The notes beneath the pieces are model-generated. The model was not told where the DNA came from, did not search any database, and saw only the letters and a list, made by a program, of their open reading frames with translations. From contig JAOPTW010000019.1 of assembly GCA_051532035.1 (NCBI GenBank), forward strand, positions 1-64,000: a DNA stretch of 64,000 nucleotides. Reading direction: 5' to 3'. Position numbers and translations under genes: made by a program. This document shows, one piece after another, positions 20,170 through 30,392 of this stretch; position 1 is the stretch's first letter; the number at the start of each line of letters is the position of its first letter. The DNA comes from Fibrobacterales bacterium. GTDB taxonomy: Bacteria; Fibrobacterota; Fibrobacteria; Fibrobacterales; JAOPTW01.

Positions 20170-22246
20170 GGATCGATATGGTTCCTGTAGATTTAATATT
20201 TATACCTGTCACAATTTCACTATACGCCAAGACTGATAGATTGGGAAAGCTTCCTTCAAGAAGCATTTTCATGGGGAATCGAATATTTGGCGAACAGACC
20301 AGTATTTGCTGATCATTCAGTGCAAGTAACCGTTCACAAATTGGTGCAGTGGCGTCAAGAATCTTACCTACGACATCCGGCCTGAGCACTAAACGTGGAC
20401 CTTTCTCTGTTTTCTGTACTGATGCTTCTAATAATTGTTCCAATTGAGGATCCAAAGTAATTACAGGAATAACACCATCAGGTGTATTAAATCCCATACA
20501 GATTTGCCGTGACAGGCCTGCTCGACACTCTTCTGTAAGATACGTTGTCTCTTTTGACATTTTGGCACTATCAGAAAGAATCTCTAGAACTGCTGCAAGG
20601 TTTCGAATTGAGACCTTCTCACTCAGTAAATTTGTCAGTACCGTCTGAAGTTCACCAAAGCCTAACAGCCCCGGTATCAATTCGTCAACAACGGCAGAGT
20701 TATCCTGTTTTACCGTATCAACCAATGCTTTCACATCTTGACGGGTTAATATATCTGCGGCATTGCCTTTTATCACCTCGGTAATATGAGTTGCAAGAAC
20801 AGCAGGTAGTTCTACTACGGTATACCCTGCTAATTCAGCCGTCTCTTTTTGAGACTCTGTTATCCACAGAGCGGGAAGTCCAAAAGCAGGCTCTACTGTT
20901 TCGATACCTGAAATTTGTTGTGACACTTCTCCGGGATTCATTGCAAGGTAAGAACCCATCATAAGGTTGCCCGATCCCACTTCGAGCCCTTTAACTTTAA
21001 CAATATAATCATTCGGTTGGAGTTGAATATTATCACGAATTCGTATGGGCGGTACAATGATACCCAATTCTGTGGCACACTGTCTTCTCAGCATTGTGAT
21101 TCGTTCGAGGAGGTCTCCCCCTTGATTGGTATCAACAAGCGGAATAAGCCCATAGCCTATTTCGAGTTCCATCTGATCTATTTTCAAATAGTCTTCGATA
21201 CGCTCTTCAGCACTTTCACCCCCACCTTCTGCTTGAGCAAGCTCCTCTTCGGTCTGTGTTGCTTCATCGCCTTTCTTTGAATCGGCTGTAGCTATTTTAT
21301 AGGCGCCATACGCTAACATTATCGAAAGAGATGTAAATGGAATGAGTGGCATACCCGGTACAAGGCCTAAAAACATCATTACTCCCGAAGAGGCAAAGAG
21401 TGCTTTTGTACTTTGAGAGAACTGCGCAATAAGTTCCTTCCCAAGGTTCCCTGATGAAGCAGCTCGGGTCACAATAATACCTGCACCCGTGGAAATCATC
21501 AATGAAGGCACTTGCGAAACCAATCCATCACCAATAGTCAATTTAGTATAAGTTTCAAGAGCGGTAAAAAAGTCCATCCCCTGCATTGCCATACCTGTTG
21601 CAAACCCACCAATAATATTGACCACTGTTATTACAAGGCCTGCAGTTGCATCACCTTTAACAAATTTACTCGCACCATCCATAGCACCATAGAAGTCAGC
21701 TTCGCGAGAGATATCTTTCCGTTTCTGTTTTGCTTCATCTTCGGTCAAAATCCCTGCATTCAAATCCGCATCAACCGCCATCTGTTTACCCGGCATCGCA
21801 TCAAGAGTAAATCGGGCAGCGACTTCAGCAATCCGGCCAGAACCTTTAGTTATGACTATCAGTTGCACCATAACAATGATGATAAAGATAATAACCCCGA
21901 CAACAATATTATTACCCGTCACAAAATTACTAAATGAGTTAATTACTTCACCTGCCTGTCCATCAGCGAGGATCATACGAGTTGTAGATATATTCATGGC
22001 TATTCGAAACAGCGTCAGCACCAGTAATAGACCAGGGAACACCGAGAAATCAAGGACATTATCGAGATACATAGAGATAATAAGAACAACAAGAGCGAGG
22101 GATATCATGAGTGAAAGTAAAATATCTATCAGCCAGGTCGGTATGGGAACCACCATCATTACAATAACACCAACAATAGAGATGATAATAAGTACATCTT
22201 TATGTTTTGCTAATGCGCCTAGATTAATGCTGTCTTTTACACTCAT
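20150..22246 (-). CDS. flhA: Flagellar export gate protein FlhA
   Basis: RIAEVAARFTLDAMPGKQMAVDADL, FYGAMDGASKFVKGD. Confidence 0.98.
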   Translation of the reverse strand: MSVKDSINLGALAKHKDVLIIISIVGVIVMMVVPIPTWLIDILLSLMISLALVVLIISMYLDNVLDFSVFPGLLLVLTLFRIAMNISTTRMILADGQAGEVINSFSNFVTGNNIVVGVIIFIIIVMVQLIVITKGSGRIAEVAARFTLDAMPGKQMAVDADLNAGILTEDEAKQKRKDISREADFYGAMDGASKFVKGDATAGLVITVVNIIGGFATGMAMQGMDFFTALETYTKLTIGDGLVSQVPSLMISTGAGIIVTRAASSGNLGKELIAQFSQSTKALFASSGVMMFLGLVPGMPLIPFTSLSIMLAYGAYKIATADSKKGDEATQTEEELAQAEGGGESAEERIEDYLKIDQMELEIGYGLIPLVDTNQGGDLLERITMLRRQCATELGIIVPPIRIRDNIQLQPNDYIVKVKGLEVGSGNLMMGSYLAMNPGEVSQQISGIETVEPAFGLPALWITESQKETAELAGYTVVELPAVLATHITEVIKGNAADILTRQDVKALVDTVKQDNSAVVDELIPGLLGFGELQTVLTNLLSEKVSIRNLAAVLEILSDSAKMSKETTYLTEECRAGLSRQICMGFNTPDGVIPVITLDPQLEQLLEASVQKTEKGPRLVLRPDVVGKILDATAPICERLLALNDQQILVCSPNIRFPMKMLLEGSFPNLSVLAYSEIVTGINIKSTGTISIHENEKV

Positions 22247-22254
22247 CTGCTACT

Positions 22255-24072
22255 CTATTGATTTCTCGCTATTACTGAGGGCCTATTAAACCCTCTATTA
22301 CGCAAGACTTCAATTCCATTGACATCAAGTTTAACCAGGCTCCCTACTTCAGTATCTGTTATCCAACATCCATTATCCGATTGGTCAACGACTGCACCAA
22401 TAGGATTACTGAATCCAGAGAAAACTTGAACACCGGGGCTTAAGCTACTCACCACCTGAAAACTTGTCATTTCACTACTACTCAATTTAACAACTTGCCC
22501 TGCTTTTGTGTCAACTATCCAACAGATCCCATTCCAGGCTGAAATTTTGCTGATTTTCTGAAATCCAGTGATAGAATCTATACCCGTACCATCACTATTC
22601 ATTAAATAGAGAGTACTACTGTCTGCAACCCATAACTGAGAAGTAACATGGTCAAATGCTATGGATGCGGGGTTTTTGAAGGTGAAAAAAGGAAGAAACA
22701 GTGCAGGATCCAACACTCGACCTGTATCAGCAGACATATAGATAGAATCAGTAACAGGATTCACATACCAACTACTATTACTCCGATAATCAACAACGAG
22801 ATCTGATACATAGCCTTTACCTACAGAATCCATAGTAAGCTCAGTTAATGTAGTATCAACAATCTGAAAACTCTTTACTACTCCTTGGTTATTAATGCCA
22901 CTCGAAACCCAGAGCACTTTCGAATCATGATCAAGTGAAACGCTGCGTGGTGAGACAAATGATGAGTCTTTCATCTCTTGGATGCCATTCTCAGAAAAAC
23001 GGTAGAGAGCATTGGCCCCTTCATCTGCCACCCAAACGGGTGAAGGGGTGTTAGGATCAATGGTGATACTGCTGATATCATTGAAGCTATTTCTCATCCT
23101 AAAAATTTCAGTACCATACCGGGTCACCTTAATTAAATCATTTTCATCACTCATCCATAGAGAGCCAATCTCTTGATACCCAATCACTCTGACCCGGTAT
23201 TCTCGAAACATAAGCGTGTGTGAATCTGAAATTTGAAGCGTCACTATGGTATCTAACTCTACAGCATCAAGTTCTAATCGATACTCGTAACTATTTGTTG
23301 CAGAATCAGCTCCAGTATTACTTATAGAGAATCCATTCAGAGTCACCTGTGGGCCAATCAGACTTGTTTTATAAGGATCAGATAAGCTTAATGTAAAATA
23401 GAGGTCTTGCCCAGCACGACCAAACAGATGAATAAGTTCTCTATAATTTTCGCTGCGCACCTCTTGAGTAACGCCACTAATAGTTACAGAATCAATACGA
23501 GGTGTAATATTTTCAATCTCTACTGATAGTGGGCTTGAATAGACGCCATTTACTACGACATGTACGGTATCAGCAAAGGTTGAGTCTGCTTGCATTACTC
23601 CTTGCCGAGAAACGCTATCAACGTGAGGCACTGGAAGAGTCTCCCAAAGTATATAGGCAGTATCTGACTGCACAAAACCATTAATTATAACTGGATCGTG
23701 ATACGCAACCATGCCACTATTTGTGTGCCATGCTACCTCACTTGCAACCTGACGTCCGAGCTCATCAAAGGCCTGATCATACTCTTCTTGAATACGAAGC
23801 CGTTGAATGGGGGTCAGTACCGTACTCAACATTGTCGAAAGACTATCTTTTAAACCTTGCGCCGCAATCATTTTTGCCGTAGCGCGTACACCGCCCAATT
23901 TCACCCAGACTTTATAGGCTCCCCCTTCATACTGATCACCTTTAATATCAATATGTACCTCAGGGAATAATCCTTGAGGACCCTCATCATCACCAAAGAA
24001 AAGGCACCCATTTATTATCAGTGCAAAGAACACTACTATCATACATTTAAACACCAGTAACCTGCCTTTCAT
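22255..24072 (-). CDS. Hypothetical lipoprotein with C-terminal NHL-like beta-propeller repeats
   Basis: Lipobox INGC; repeated F..P..I..D....VWVAD/CWITD units. Confidence 0.7.
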   Translation of the reverse strand: MKGRLLVFKCMIVVFFALIINGCLFFGDDEGPQGLFPEVHIDIKGDQYEGGAYKVWVKLGGVRATAKMIAAQGLKDSLSTMLSTVLTPIQRLRIQEEYDQAFDELGRQVASEVAWHTNSGMVAYHDPVIINGFVQSDTAYILWETLPVPHVDSVSRQGVMQADSTFADTVHVVVNGVYSSPLSVEIENITPRIDSVTISGVTQEVRSENYRELIHLFGRAGQDLYFTLSLSDPYKTSLIGPQVTLNGFSISNTGADSATNSYEYRLELDAVELDTIVTLQISDSHTLMFREYRVRVIGYQEIGSLWMSDENDLIKVTRYGTEIFRMRNSFNDISSITIDPNTPSPVWVADEGANALYRFSENGIQEMKDSSFVSPRSVSLDHDSKVLWVSSGINNQGVVKSFQIVDTTLTELTMDSVGKGYVSDLVVDYRSNSSWYVNPVTDSIYMSADTGRVLDPALFLPFFTFKNPASIAFDHVTSQLWVADSSTLYLMNSDGTGIDSITGFQKISKISAWNGICWIVDTKAGQVVKLSSSEMTSFQVVSSLSPGVQVFSGFSNPIGAVVDQSDNGCWITDTEVGSLVKLDVNGIEVLRNRGFNRPSVIARNQ

Positions 24073-25123
24073 TTTTTAAGCTAAATACATATGCTAAAAT
24101 TTCTGCTACTGCACCAAAAAATTCTGCGGGGAGTTCAACTCCCGGCTCAACAATATCATACATGGCACGAGCAAGTGGTTTATCTTCCACAATAGGAATA
24201 TCATTATCTGTTGCAATTTTTCGAATCTCTTCGGCTATAAGTCTTTTACCCTTTGCAACAATAACTGGAGCATCATCAACACCCCGTTCATACCGTATTG
24301 CTATGGCAATAAAAATAGGATTGGTAATTACCACTGTAGCCCGTTTCGTCTCACCCTGCATCATACGAGAATTCATCTCCATCATCATTTGGCGCATACG
24401 GGCTTTAAGCTTAGGATCTTGATCAGCGTTCTTTGCTTCATCCTTTAATTCTTGCTTGGTCATTTTTGAGTCAGTTCTAAATTTTCGTTTCTGATAAGCA
24501 AAGTCTATCATCCCAAGAACAATAAGGAGTGCAGCAACCCAAATAGTAATTTCTAAAGCAACATCAAAAATCTTAGCCCAAATAATAGCAACATCGGTAT
24601 CAATCAGAAAAAGAAGATCTTCAAATTCATCTGCAATAATTATATAAACAACAATTCCAACGATTGTAAGTTTCGCAAGATTTTTAAGAAGTTCGACAAT
24701 TGTGGAAATGGAGAATTTACTCTTTAACCCATTCATTTTCATAACTTTTTTAAAATCGGGTTTAAGTTTATTTAGAGTAAAAAGCCATCCCACTTGGAAA
24801 AAATTAACCCCCACTGCAAGTACCAACATAAGCACTGCTATAGGGTAAATTGCAAACAGTGTTTTTTTGAGCATCTTCTCTGAAACCAGTGCAATAAAGC
24901 TCGCCTCATTCAATTCAAAACTGCTAATCATAGAGTAAACATCGATCAAGTTGGTTCGCATCACATCCATGAGTCGTTCACCAAAGATCAGAATTGCAAT
25001 CAATGCAATCATCACCCCTGCTCCAGCAGTCAAGTCCTGAGACTTTGCAACTTGTCCTTTTCCGCGCATCTCCGATTTACGCTTGGAAGAGGCGTCTTCG
25101 GTCTTTTCGTCTTTATCAGGCAC
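24047..25123 (-). CDS. flhB: Flagellar export substrate-switch protein FlhB
   Basis: EKTE..KGQVAKS, KMTKQELKDE, PVIVAKG, KPLARA; GTG at 25123 follows AGGAGG. Confidence 0.96.
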   Translation of the reverse strand: MPDKDEKTEDASSKRKSEMRGKGQVAKSQDLTAGAGVMIALIAILIFGERLMDVMRTNLIDVYSMISSFELNEASFIALVSEKMLKKTLFAIYPIAVLMLVLAVGVNFFQVGWLFTLNKLKPDFKKVMKMNGLKSKFSISTIVELLKNLAKLTIVGIVVYIIIADEFEDLLFLIDTDVAIIWAKIFDVALEITIWVAALLIVLGMIDFAYQKRKFRTDSKMTKQELKDEAKNADQDPKLKARMRQMMMEMNSRMMQGETKRATVVITNPIFIAIAIRYERGVDDAPVIVAKGKRLIAEEIRKIATDNDIPIVEDKPLARAMYDIVEPGVELPAEFFGAVAEILAYVFSLKNERQVTGV

Positions 25124-25922
25124 TGGTTCCTCCTGCACGAATTAAAATGAAAAGGTTCTCTTGGATGATTATAAAAAACTTGTCGAGAAGTTGATAAGCC
25201 AAGGGTAAGGTATAAATAATAACCATTACTCCTATACCAATTTTAAGAGGAATTGCTACAAGCCACACATTCATTTGCGGCATAATTTTTGACATAAACG
25301 CCATCCCGAAAGTGGTCAGAATAATAATAACCATTAAGGGAGCGGCCATTTTAACTCCAAACACAAAGGATTGAACAATAAGGGACAGTAACACTTGAGC
25401 ATTAAGAGCACTATGATGTTCAATGCCAGCAATAGGTATATATCTAAATGACTCTACCACAGCTTCAATAAAAAAGTGATGATTATCATTAATGAGAAAC
25501 ATCACAGTAAAAAGAACGAGTATCAACTGCCCAAGACCAGTGGATTGATCACCAGTAGTAGGGTCAATCCCCGGCGTCATACTGAGCCCCATATCTCGCG
25601 CCATGAAAAAACCCGCAATAGGTATAAAGGTAAACAACAATGATGATGTAAAGCCAATTATCACTCCAACAAAAAGTTCTTTGAGGGTTAAAATAAAAAC
25701 GTGAACAATAGAATTCGACACTTCAAGTGTCTGAGAGGGAAGCAGTGGAAAAATCAATATACAGATAAAAAAGACAATACCCACTTTAACACGAGCACTA
25801 ATATTTCGCCCTGTAAAAATAGGGAGTAAAAAAATAGCCACAGATACACGTATCAACATGAGAAAGAAAAATTCAAGTTGGCCTACGGTTATATCTGCTA
25901 TTGATGCGGCTTGTTCTAACAT
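25116..25922 (-). CDS. fliR: Flagellar export protein FliR
   Basis: KELFVG, PQMNVWLVAIPLK; lies between fliQ and flhB. Confidence 0.92.
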   Translation of the reverse strand: MLEQAASIADITVGQLEFFFLMLIRVSVAIFLLPIFTGRNISARVKVGIVFFICILIFPLLPSQTLEVSNSIVHVFILTLKELFVGVIIGFTSSLLFTFIPIAGFFMARDMGLSMTPGIDPTTGDQSTGLGQLILVLFTVMFLINDNHHFFIEAVVESFRYIPIAGIEHHSALNAQVLLSLIVQSFVFGVKMAAPLMVIIILTTFGMAFMSKIMPQMNVWLVAIPLKIGIGVMVIIYTLPLAYQLLDKFFIIIQENLFILIRAGGTSA

Positions 25923-25923
25923 A

Positions 25924-26193
25924 TCATGGAATCAAATTAGGTATCATATCTATAAGGCTATTAAAAAACGCTCGAAAGAGCTTTAGCATTGTTGGCATCA
26001 TAAAAAGAAGCACGGCTGCTACAGCCAAAATTTTGGGGATAAAGGTCATGGTCATTTCATTAATTTGTGTTGCGGCCTGAAAAATCGACACCGCTAAACC
26101 AACGACAAGTGCAGTAATGAGCATCGGCCCACCGAGATACATAAGTGTTAACAGTGCATTTCGTCCAATATCAATTACAACAATATCTGTCAT
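25924..26193 (-). CDS. fliQ: Flagellar export protein FliQ
   Basis: VSIFQAATQINEMTMTFIPK. Confidence 0.97.
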   Translation of the reverse strand: MTDIVVIDIGRNALLTLMYLGGPMLITALVVGLAVSIFQAATQINEMTMTFIPKILAVAAVLLFMMPTMLKLFRAFFNSLIDMIPNLIP

Positions 26194-26202
26194 GACACAC
26201 TC

Positions 26203-26946
26203 CTAGTGAAAACTCAGCACCACTTGCTGGACCACTAAATGCCATCCATCAACAAGTACAAATAAAATCAATTTAAATGGCATTGAAATCATAACGGGCG
26301 GGAGCATCATCATCCCCATCGACATAAGTACTGATGCCACAGTCATATCAATAACTAAAAAGGGTATATAGAGTAAAAAGCCAATAATGAATGCCGTTTT
26401 TATCTCACTCAAAATAAAGGCGGGAATAATTACTGTGAGAGAGAGTTCATCAATATTTTTGGGGTTTTCTGTTTTTGATACACGCAAAAAAAGTGCGAGC
26501 TCACTTTCACTTGTTTGTCTGAGCATAAATTCTCGAATAGGGGTTAACGCCTCTTCGATTGCAACTTCATGATTAATCTCTTTGGCTAAATAAGGCTGCA
26601 GTGCATTATCATTGATGGCATTAAAGGTTGGCGTCATAATAAAAAAAGTGAGAAATAGAGTAAGCCCCATAACCACCTGATTGGGTGGTGCGTTCATAGT
26701 ACCGAGTGCTTGTTTTAAAAAGTTAAGCACAATAACGATACGGGTAAAAGAGGTGAGCATAATAATGATCGAAGGTGCTAAGGTCAAAACCGTCATGAGT
26801 GCTACAATTTCAAGAGTAACCGCCACATCATCAACTGATTCGGATTCTTCAAATCCTAATGTCACTTTTGGCATTATCTGTGCAGAAAGCTCTGGTATAC
26901 AGATGAGGCCAACAATAAGTAAAACAATATACTTAAGAGGCACCAT
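26203..26946 (-). CDS. fliP: Flagellar export protein FliP
   Basis: TSFTRIVIVL, PPNQV, MGMMMLPP, LFVLVDGW; start codon uncertain by a few codons. Confidence 0.97.
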   Translation of the reverse strand: MVPLKYIVLLIVGLICIPELSAQIMPKVTLGFEESESVDDVAVTLEIVALMTVLTLAPSIIIMLTSFTRIVIVLNFLKQALGTMNAPPNQVVMGLTLFLTFFIMTPTFNAINDNALQPYLAKEINHEVAIEEALTPIREFMLRQTSESELALFLRVSKTENPKNIDELSLTVIIPAFILSEIKTAFIIGFLLYIPFLVIDMTVASVLMSMGMMMLPPVMISMPFKLILFVLVDGWHLVVQQVVLSFH

Positions 26947-27538
26947 CACCTCCCTGAGCATTCTGACTTTCAGAACGTTTAAATTTACTGAGCAACTGAT
27001 TTACGGTTTGATTAAATTGCCCTGATGCAACCCCCGTTTGTGATGCCTTACTCAAATAGCGCTGTGCTTCTTCACCTTCAATGGTAGTGAGAGTATTAAT
27101 TGAATGTTGTGTCACTCCAAGTACCAAAATTTTTTCATGGAGTTTGACAGTCATGATTTTATGTTGCTGACCTAAAGGAGTCATCTCCAAAACCTCTAAA
27201 TCACTTTGACCTGCAAATTTATTAAAGGTACTCCCTTGCAACTTTTTCATGAGATAGACTAATACCACAATAAGGAGTATGATAAATGCCAACCCAAGAA
27301 ATGTTTTAATGACAAGGGTACTGACAGAAACTTCTTCTGCTGTTTGATCTTGTGTTAGATTTTCATTCGATCCACTTTCATTAATCAAATCAAGTTTTCG
27401 CTGACCTGCTTTTTCAGATGCATCGACAACGGGTTGTTTTAATTCTGCAAACAAATGAGACCATGTGAGTACAACCACAATGGCAACTATTGACCTTATT
27501 TTCATCATATACCCATTTTTGTACGTTCGGATTTTCAT
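26933..27538 (-). CDS. fliO: Flagellar protein FliO
   Basis: Single TM then LEVLE..PLG..ILVLGVTQHSINTL; precedes fliP. Confidence 0.85.
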   Translation of the reverse strand: MKIRTYKNGYMMKIRSIVAIVVVLTWSHLFAELKQPVVDASEKAGQRKLDLINESGSNENLTQDQTAEEVSVSTLVIKTFLGLAFIILLIVVLVYLMKKLQGSTFNKFAGQSDLEVLEMTPLGQQHKIMTVKLHEKILVLGVTQHSINTLTTIEGEEAQRYLSKASQTGVASGQFNQTVNQLLSKFKRSESQNAQGGDGAS

Positions 27539-27594
27539 TACTACTACTCTTCACAAGATAAAAATCCTCTAGTTGGGCAAGTGATATTAATGAG

Positions 27595-28719
27595 CTATTT
27601 CAAAAATTTTAACCGTTCCTCAGGTGTCACCAGAGAAACAACTCGTATTCCAAAATTCTCATCTACGACCACTACTTCCCCTCGAGCAACCACCTTATCA
27701 TTTATCAGTAGATCAACAGGCTCTCCAGCAAATCGATCCATTTCTACGACCGAACCCGGTCCAAGTTCGAGAATTTTCCGTATACTCATATTACAACGCC
27801 CGAGCTCTATAGTGATATCCAGCGGGATATCAAGTAACATATCGAGAGCTCTATTACCCGTTGATTCAAAGAGTGTTGCAGCGCCACTCGCTACTGCTGG
27901 TGCAGCAACTCCTGAATCCATAGGTCCTGGCTCGGCATCAAACCCAGCAAGACTCCCCTCTTCTTCCGTGGGGGCAAGCTCAAAACTATCACCACCACCT
28001 TTAACTTTTGCATAAAAATTTTCTGAGAGCGACTGGTCTGCAATAAGGAGCATTTCAGATTCGAGAATACCCTCGACACTATAACTGACCCTTCCGAGCA
28101 CCGATCCATCAGCAACTAATACCTGATCCGAAACAGAATAATCAACGGTCTCTGCCTGACCAATACTAATTTGAATATCAAAGTCACTGCTTATTGAAGT
28201 ATTGACTGATCCCATCACCTGATTGATCAATTCTGCGAGTGCTTCCTTATGGTCTTCTTCAAACTCAGCACTCCCGTCACCCATCATCATGAGGTCCGAC
28301 ATGACCGCAGTATCTTTCTGACTATAGACCAATCCAAGTTGACCAGAAATATCACCTTCAAATCCAACAGTAACCACAAGGTGTTTGTCAGCAAAAGTAC
28401 CACCAGCACTCTCTTCGGAACACCCCACAACTTCTTCAATTTTATACTCAACATTTTTATTTATCGCGGTAGAAATCACACCCGACGCTTGGTTCGTCAC
28501 AATTTTAAAAAGAGGACGGAGCTCTTCAGGGTCAACAAACTGATCGCCACCGCCATCACCGCCGCCATCACCACCAAGGTCACCACCATCCATGCCGCCA
28601 CCATCAACGGGGGCTGCAGCTGACACATCAGGATCGGCAACTACTTCACCATTTTCTCCAAAGAGCCCTGACGTGAGTGCATCGATATCTTCTTGACTAA
28701 GTAATCCATCATCACTCAT
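27595..28719 (-). CDS. fliY: Switch protein FliY (CheC-like domain plus FliN domain)
   Basis: LSQEDIDAL, one E-x3-E-x2-N site (EALAELIN), C-terminal ARGEVVVVDENFGIRV. Confidence 0.9.
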   Translation of the reverse strand: MSDDGLLSQEDIDALTSGLFGENGEVVADPDVSAAAPVDGGGMDGGDLGGDGGGDGGGDQFVDPEELRPLFKIVTNQASGVISTAINKNVEYKIEEVVGCSEESAGGTFADKHLVVTVGFEGDISGQLGLVYSQKDTAVMSDLMMMGDGSAEFEEDHKEALAELINQVMGSVNTSISSDFDIQISIGQAETVDYSVSDQVLVADGSVLGRVSYSVEGILESEMLLIADQSLSENFYAKVKGGGDSFELAPTEEEGSLAGFDAEPGPMDSGVAAPAVASGAATLFESTGNRALDMLLDIPLDITIELGRCNMSIRKILELGPGSVVEMDRFAGEPVDLLINDKVVARGEVVVVDENFGIRVVSLVTPEERLKFLK

Positions 28720-29770
28720 CACTACCTACCTCTCTGTCGATTATGGATGTAATCTGTATTGATTTTTTACGCCCTACCACACCTGGTTTTCCAAGGAATT
28801 TTGGACGTCCCCCTACAGAGACTACTAAATCAGAACCTGCAGATTTATCGAGTACCAATACATCATTTTTTTCGAGCTGAAGGAAATCTCTCACACTCAG
28901 TGAGGTGTCTCCTATAGAAGCGGCAACACCGACAGTTGTGTCACCAAGCTCTTTTTCTACGAGTCGACGCGTCTCTTGCGTCGTTGTTTTTTGTGCTGAT
29001 ATCCAGGATTCCCCAGATAATTTTTCCAAAATAGATTCGAGTAATATGAATGGGAAACAGAGACTCATTAGCCCCGATCCGTTTTTCATTCTCACCTCTA
29101 GGGCAATCAAAATTACTGTTTCACCAGGAGGTGCAATCTGAACAAACTGAGGATTTGTTTCATAACTATCAATCTTTGGGGAAAAAATTCCAATATTTTC
29201 CCACACCTCTTTAAGGTCAAGCAGTGCACGTTCAATTATTTTTGTAATTACCGCTCGTTCAATATCCGTGAGTTCTCGAGTAGAATCTATGGTTCGGCCC
29301 TGACCACCAAAAAGACGATCGAGCATAATGAAAATAAGACTCGGGTTCACTTCAAGGATTGCATTACCTTCAAGTGGCTCCATCTGAAATATGTAAATAC
29401 ACGAAGGAGTTGATATTGACATTATCACTTCTTGATAGGTCAACTGGTCAACTGAACTCAATTCAATTTCAACAAGTGTTCTTAATAATGAAGTTAAAGT
29501 TGTTGAGAGAAGGCGCGCATACCCCTCATGAAGATTCTGTAAGGTACGTACCTGATCTTTTGAAACTCGGTCTGGACGTTTAAAGTCATAGAGTGCTACA
29601 GCACGCTGCTCTTCTTCCTCATAGTCAGAGTAATCAGGAGAAAAGACAGGACCAGCAGCATCAACAGGAGCAGCAGATAATTCCGCTGACCCATCATCTT
29701 CGGCCATATCTCCACCAGACACTGCTGAGAGAAGGGCATCTACTTCTTCTTGTGATAATATATCACTCAT
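28712..29770 (-). CDS. fliM: Switch protein FliM
   Basis: ILSQEEVDALL, YDFKRPDRVSKDQ, ETNPQF. Confidence 0.97.
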   Translation of the reverse strand: MSDILSQEEVDALLSAVSGGDMAEDDGSAELSAAPVDAAGPVFSPDYSDYEEEEQRAVALYDFKRPDRVSKDQVRTLQNLHEGYARLLSTTLTSLLRTLVEIELSSVDQLTYQEVIMSISTPSCIYIFQMEPLEGNAILEVNPSLIFIMLDRLFGGQGRTIDSTRELTDIERAVITKIIERALLDLKEVWENIGIFSPKIDSYETNPQFVQIAPPGETVILIALEVRMKNGSGLMSLCFPFILLESILEKLSGESWISAQKTTTQETRRLVEKELGDTTVGVAASIGDTSLSVRDFLQLEKNDVLVLDKSAGSDLVVSVGGRPKFLGKPGVVGRKKSIQITSIIDREVGSDE

Positions 29771-29791
29771 TCTTTCTTACCTTTTATCTAC

Positions 29792-30346
29792 TTACTGTAT
29801 TACAAATTCATCAAAATAGCAGGAGCGTATTTGACCTACCGCTTCGGGTAACATCAAATTTATATCGTTGGTTATTTCATTTCTAATTTTTTGTTTACCC
29901 TCTTTTGAGGTGAGTTCCACTAGGGGAATCTCACTCAAGATCGTAATAATTCTATCTTTAATTCTCGGCATCCGCTCATCAATAGCAGTCGGAATCATAG
30001 GGTATTGGCCCATGTCAAATTCAACCTGTACTGCAGTTTTAAGATACCGTGTCCCATCAGTTCCTGCAATATTGACCGTCACTGCAATTGATGATTCCAA
30101 GCGCGCCCCAGCTTGAGTTGACTTCTCTTTTGCATCTCTCTCTTCATCCTCCTGTTGCGCCATTTGTTCGGCAACAGGGTCAGGAGCAGGCCCCAGTTGT
30201 AATACATTTATAACAACAACAGATATTCCTACCATAAACGCCATATTGAGAAACATGATTAGAATAATCATAACCAGATTAGACTTCTTTTTCTCTTCAA
30301 CCGGCTCGCCTGCCGCTGCAGCTACATCATTATCTTCATCAGCCAT
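29792..30346 (-). CDS. fliL: Basal-body protein FliL
   Basis: Single TM, TVNIA..RYLK, IKDRII, YFDEFVIQ. Confidence 0.93.
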   Translation of the reverse strand: MADEDNDVAAAAGEPVEEKKKSNLVMIILIMFLNMAFMVGISVVVINVLQLGPAPDPVAEQMAQQEDEERDAKEKSTQAGARLESSIAVTVNIAGTDGTRYLKTAVQVEFDMGQYPMIPTAIDERMPRIKDRIITILSEIPLVELTSKEGKQKIRNEITNDINLMLPEAVGQIRSCYFDEFVIQ

Positions 30347-30392
30347 CTTATTTCCTTAGCCTCTTAAAGTGTTCATCATACATACGCTTCAA

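Noticed and set aside
28545..28606. (CCA/CCG)n-like tandem repeat
   Set aside because: It encodes the Gly/Asp linker of FliY and is not a separate element
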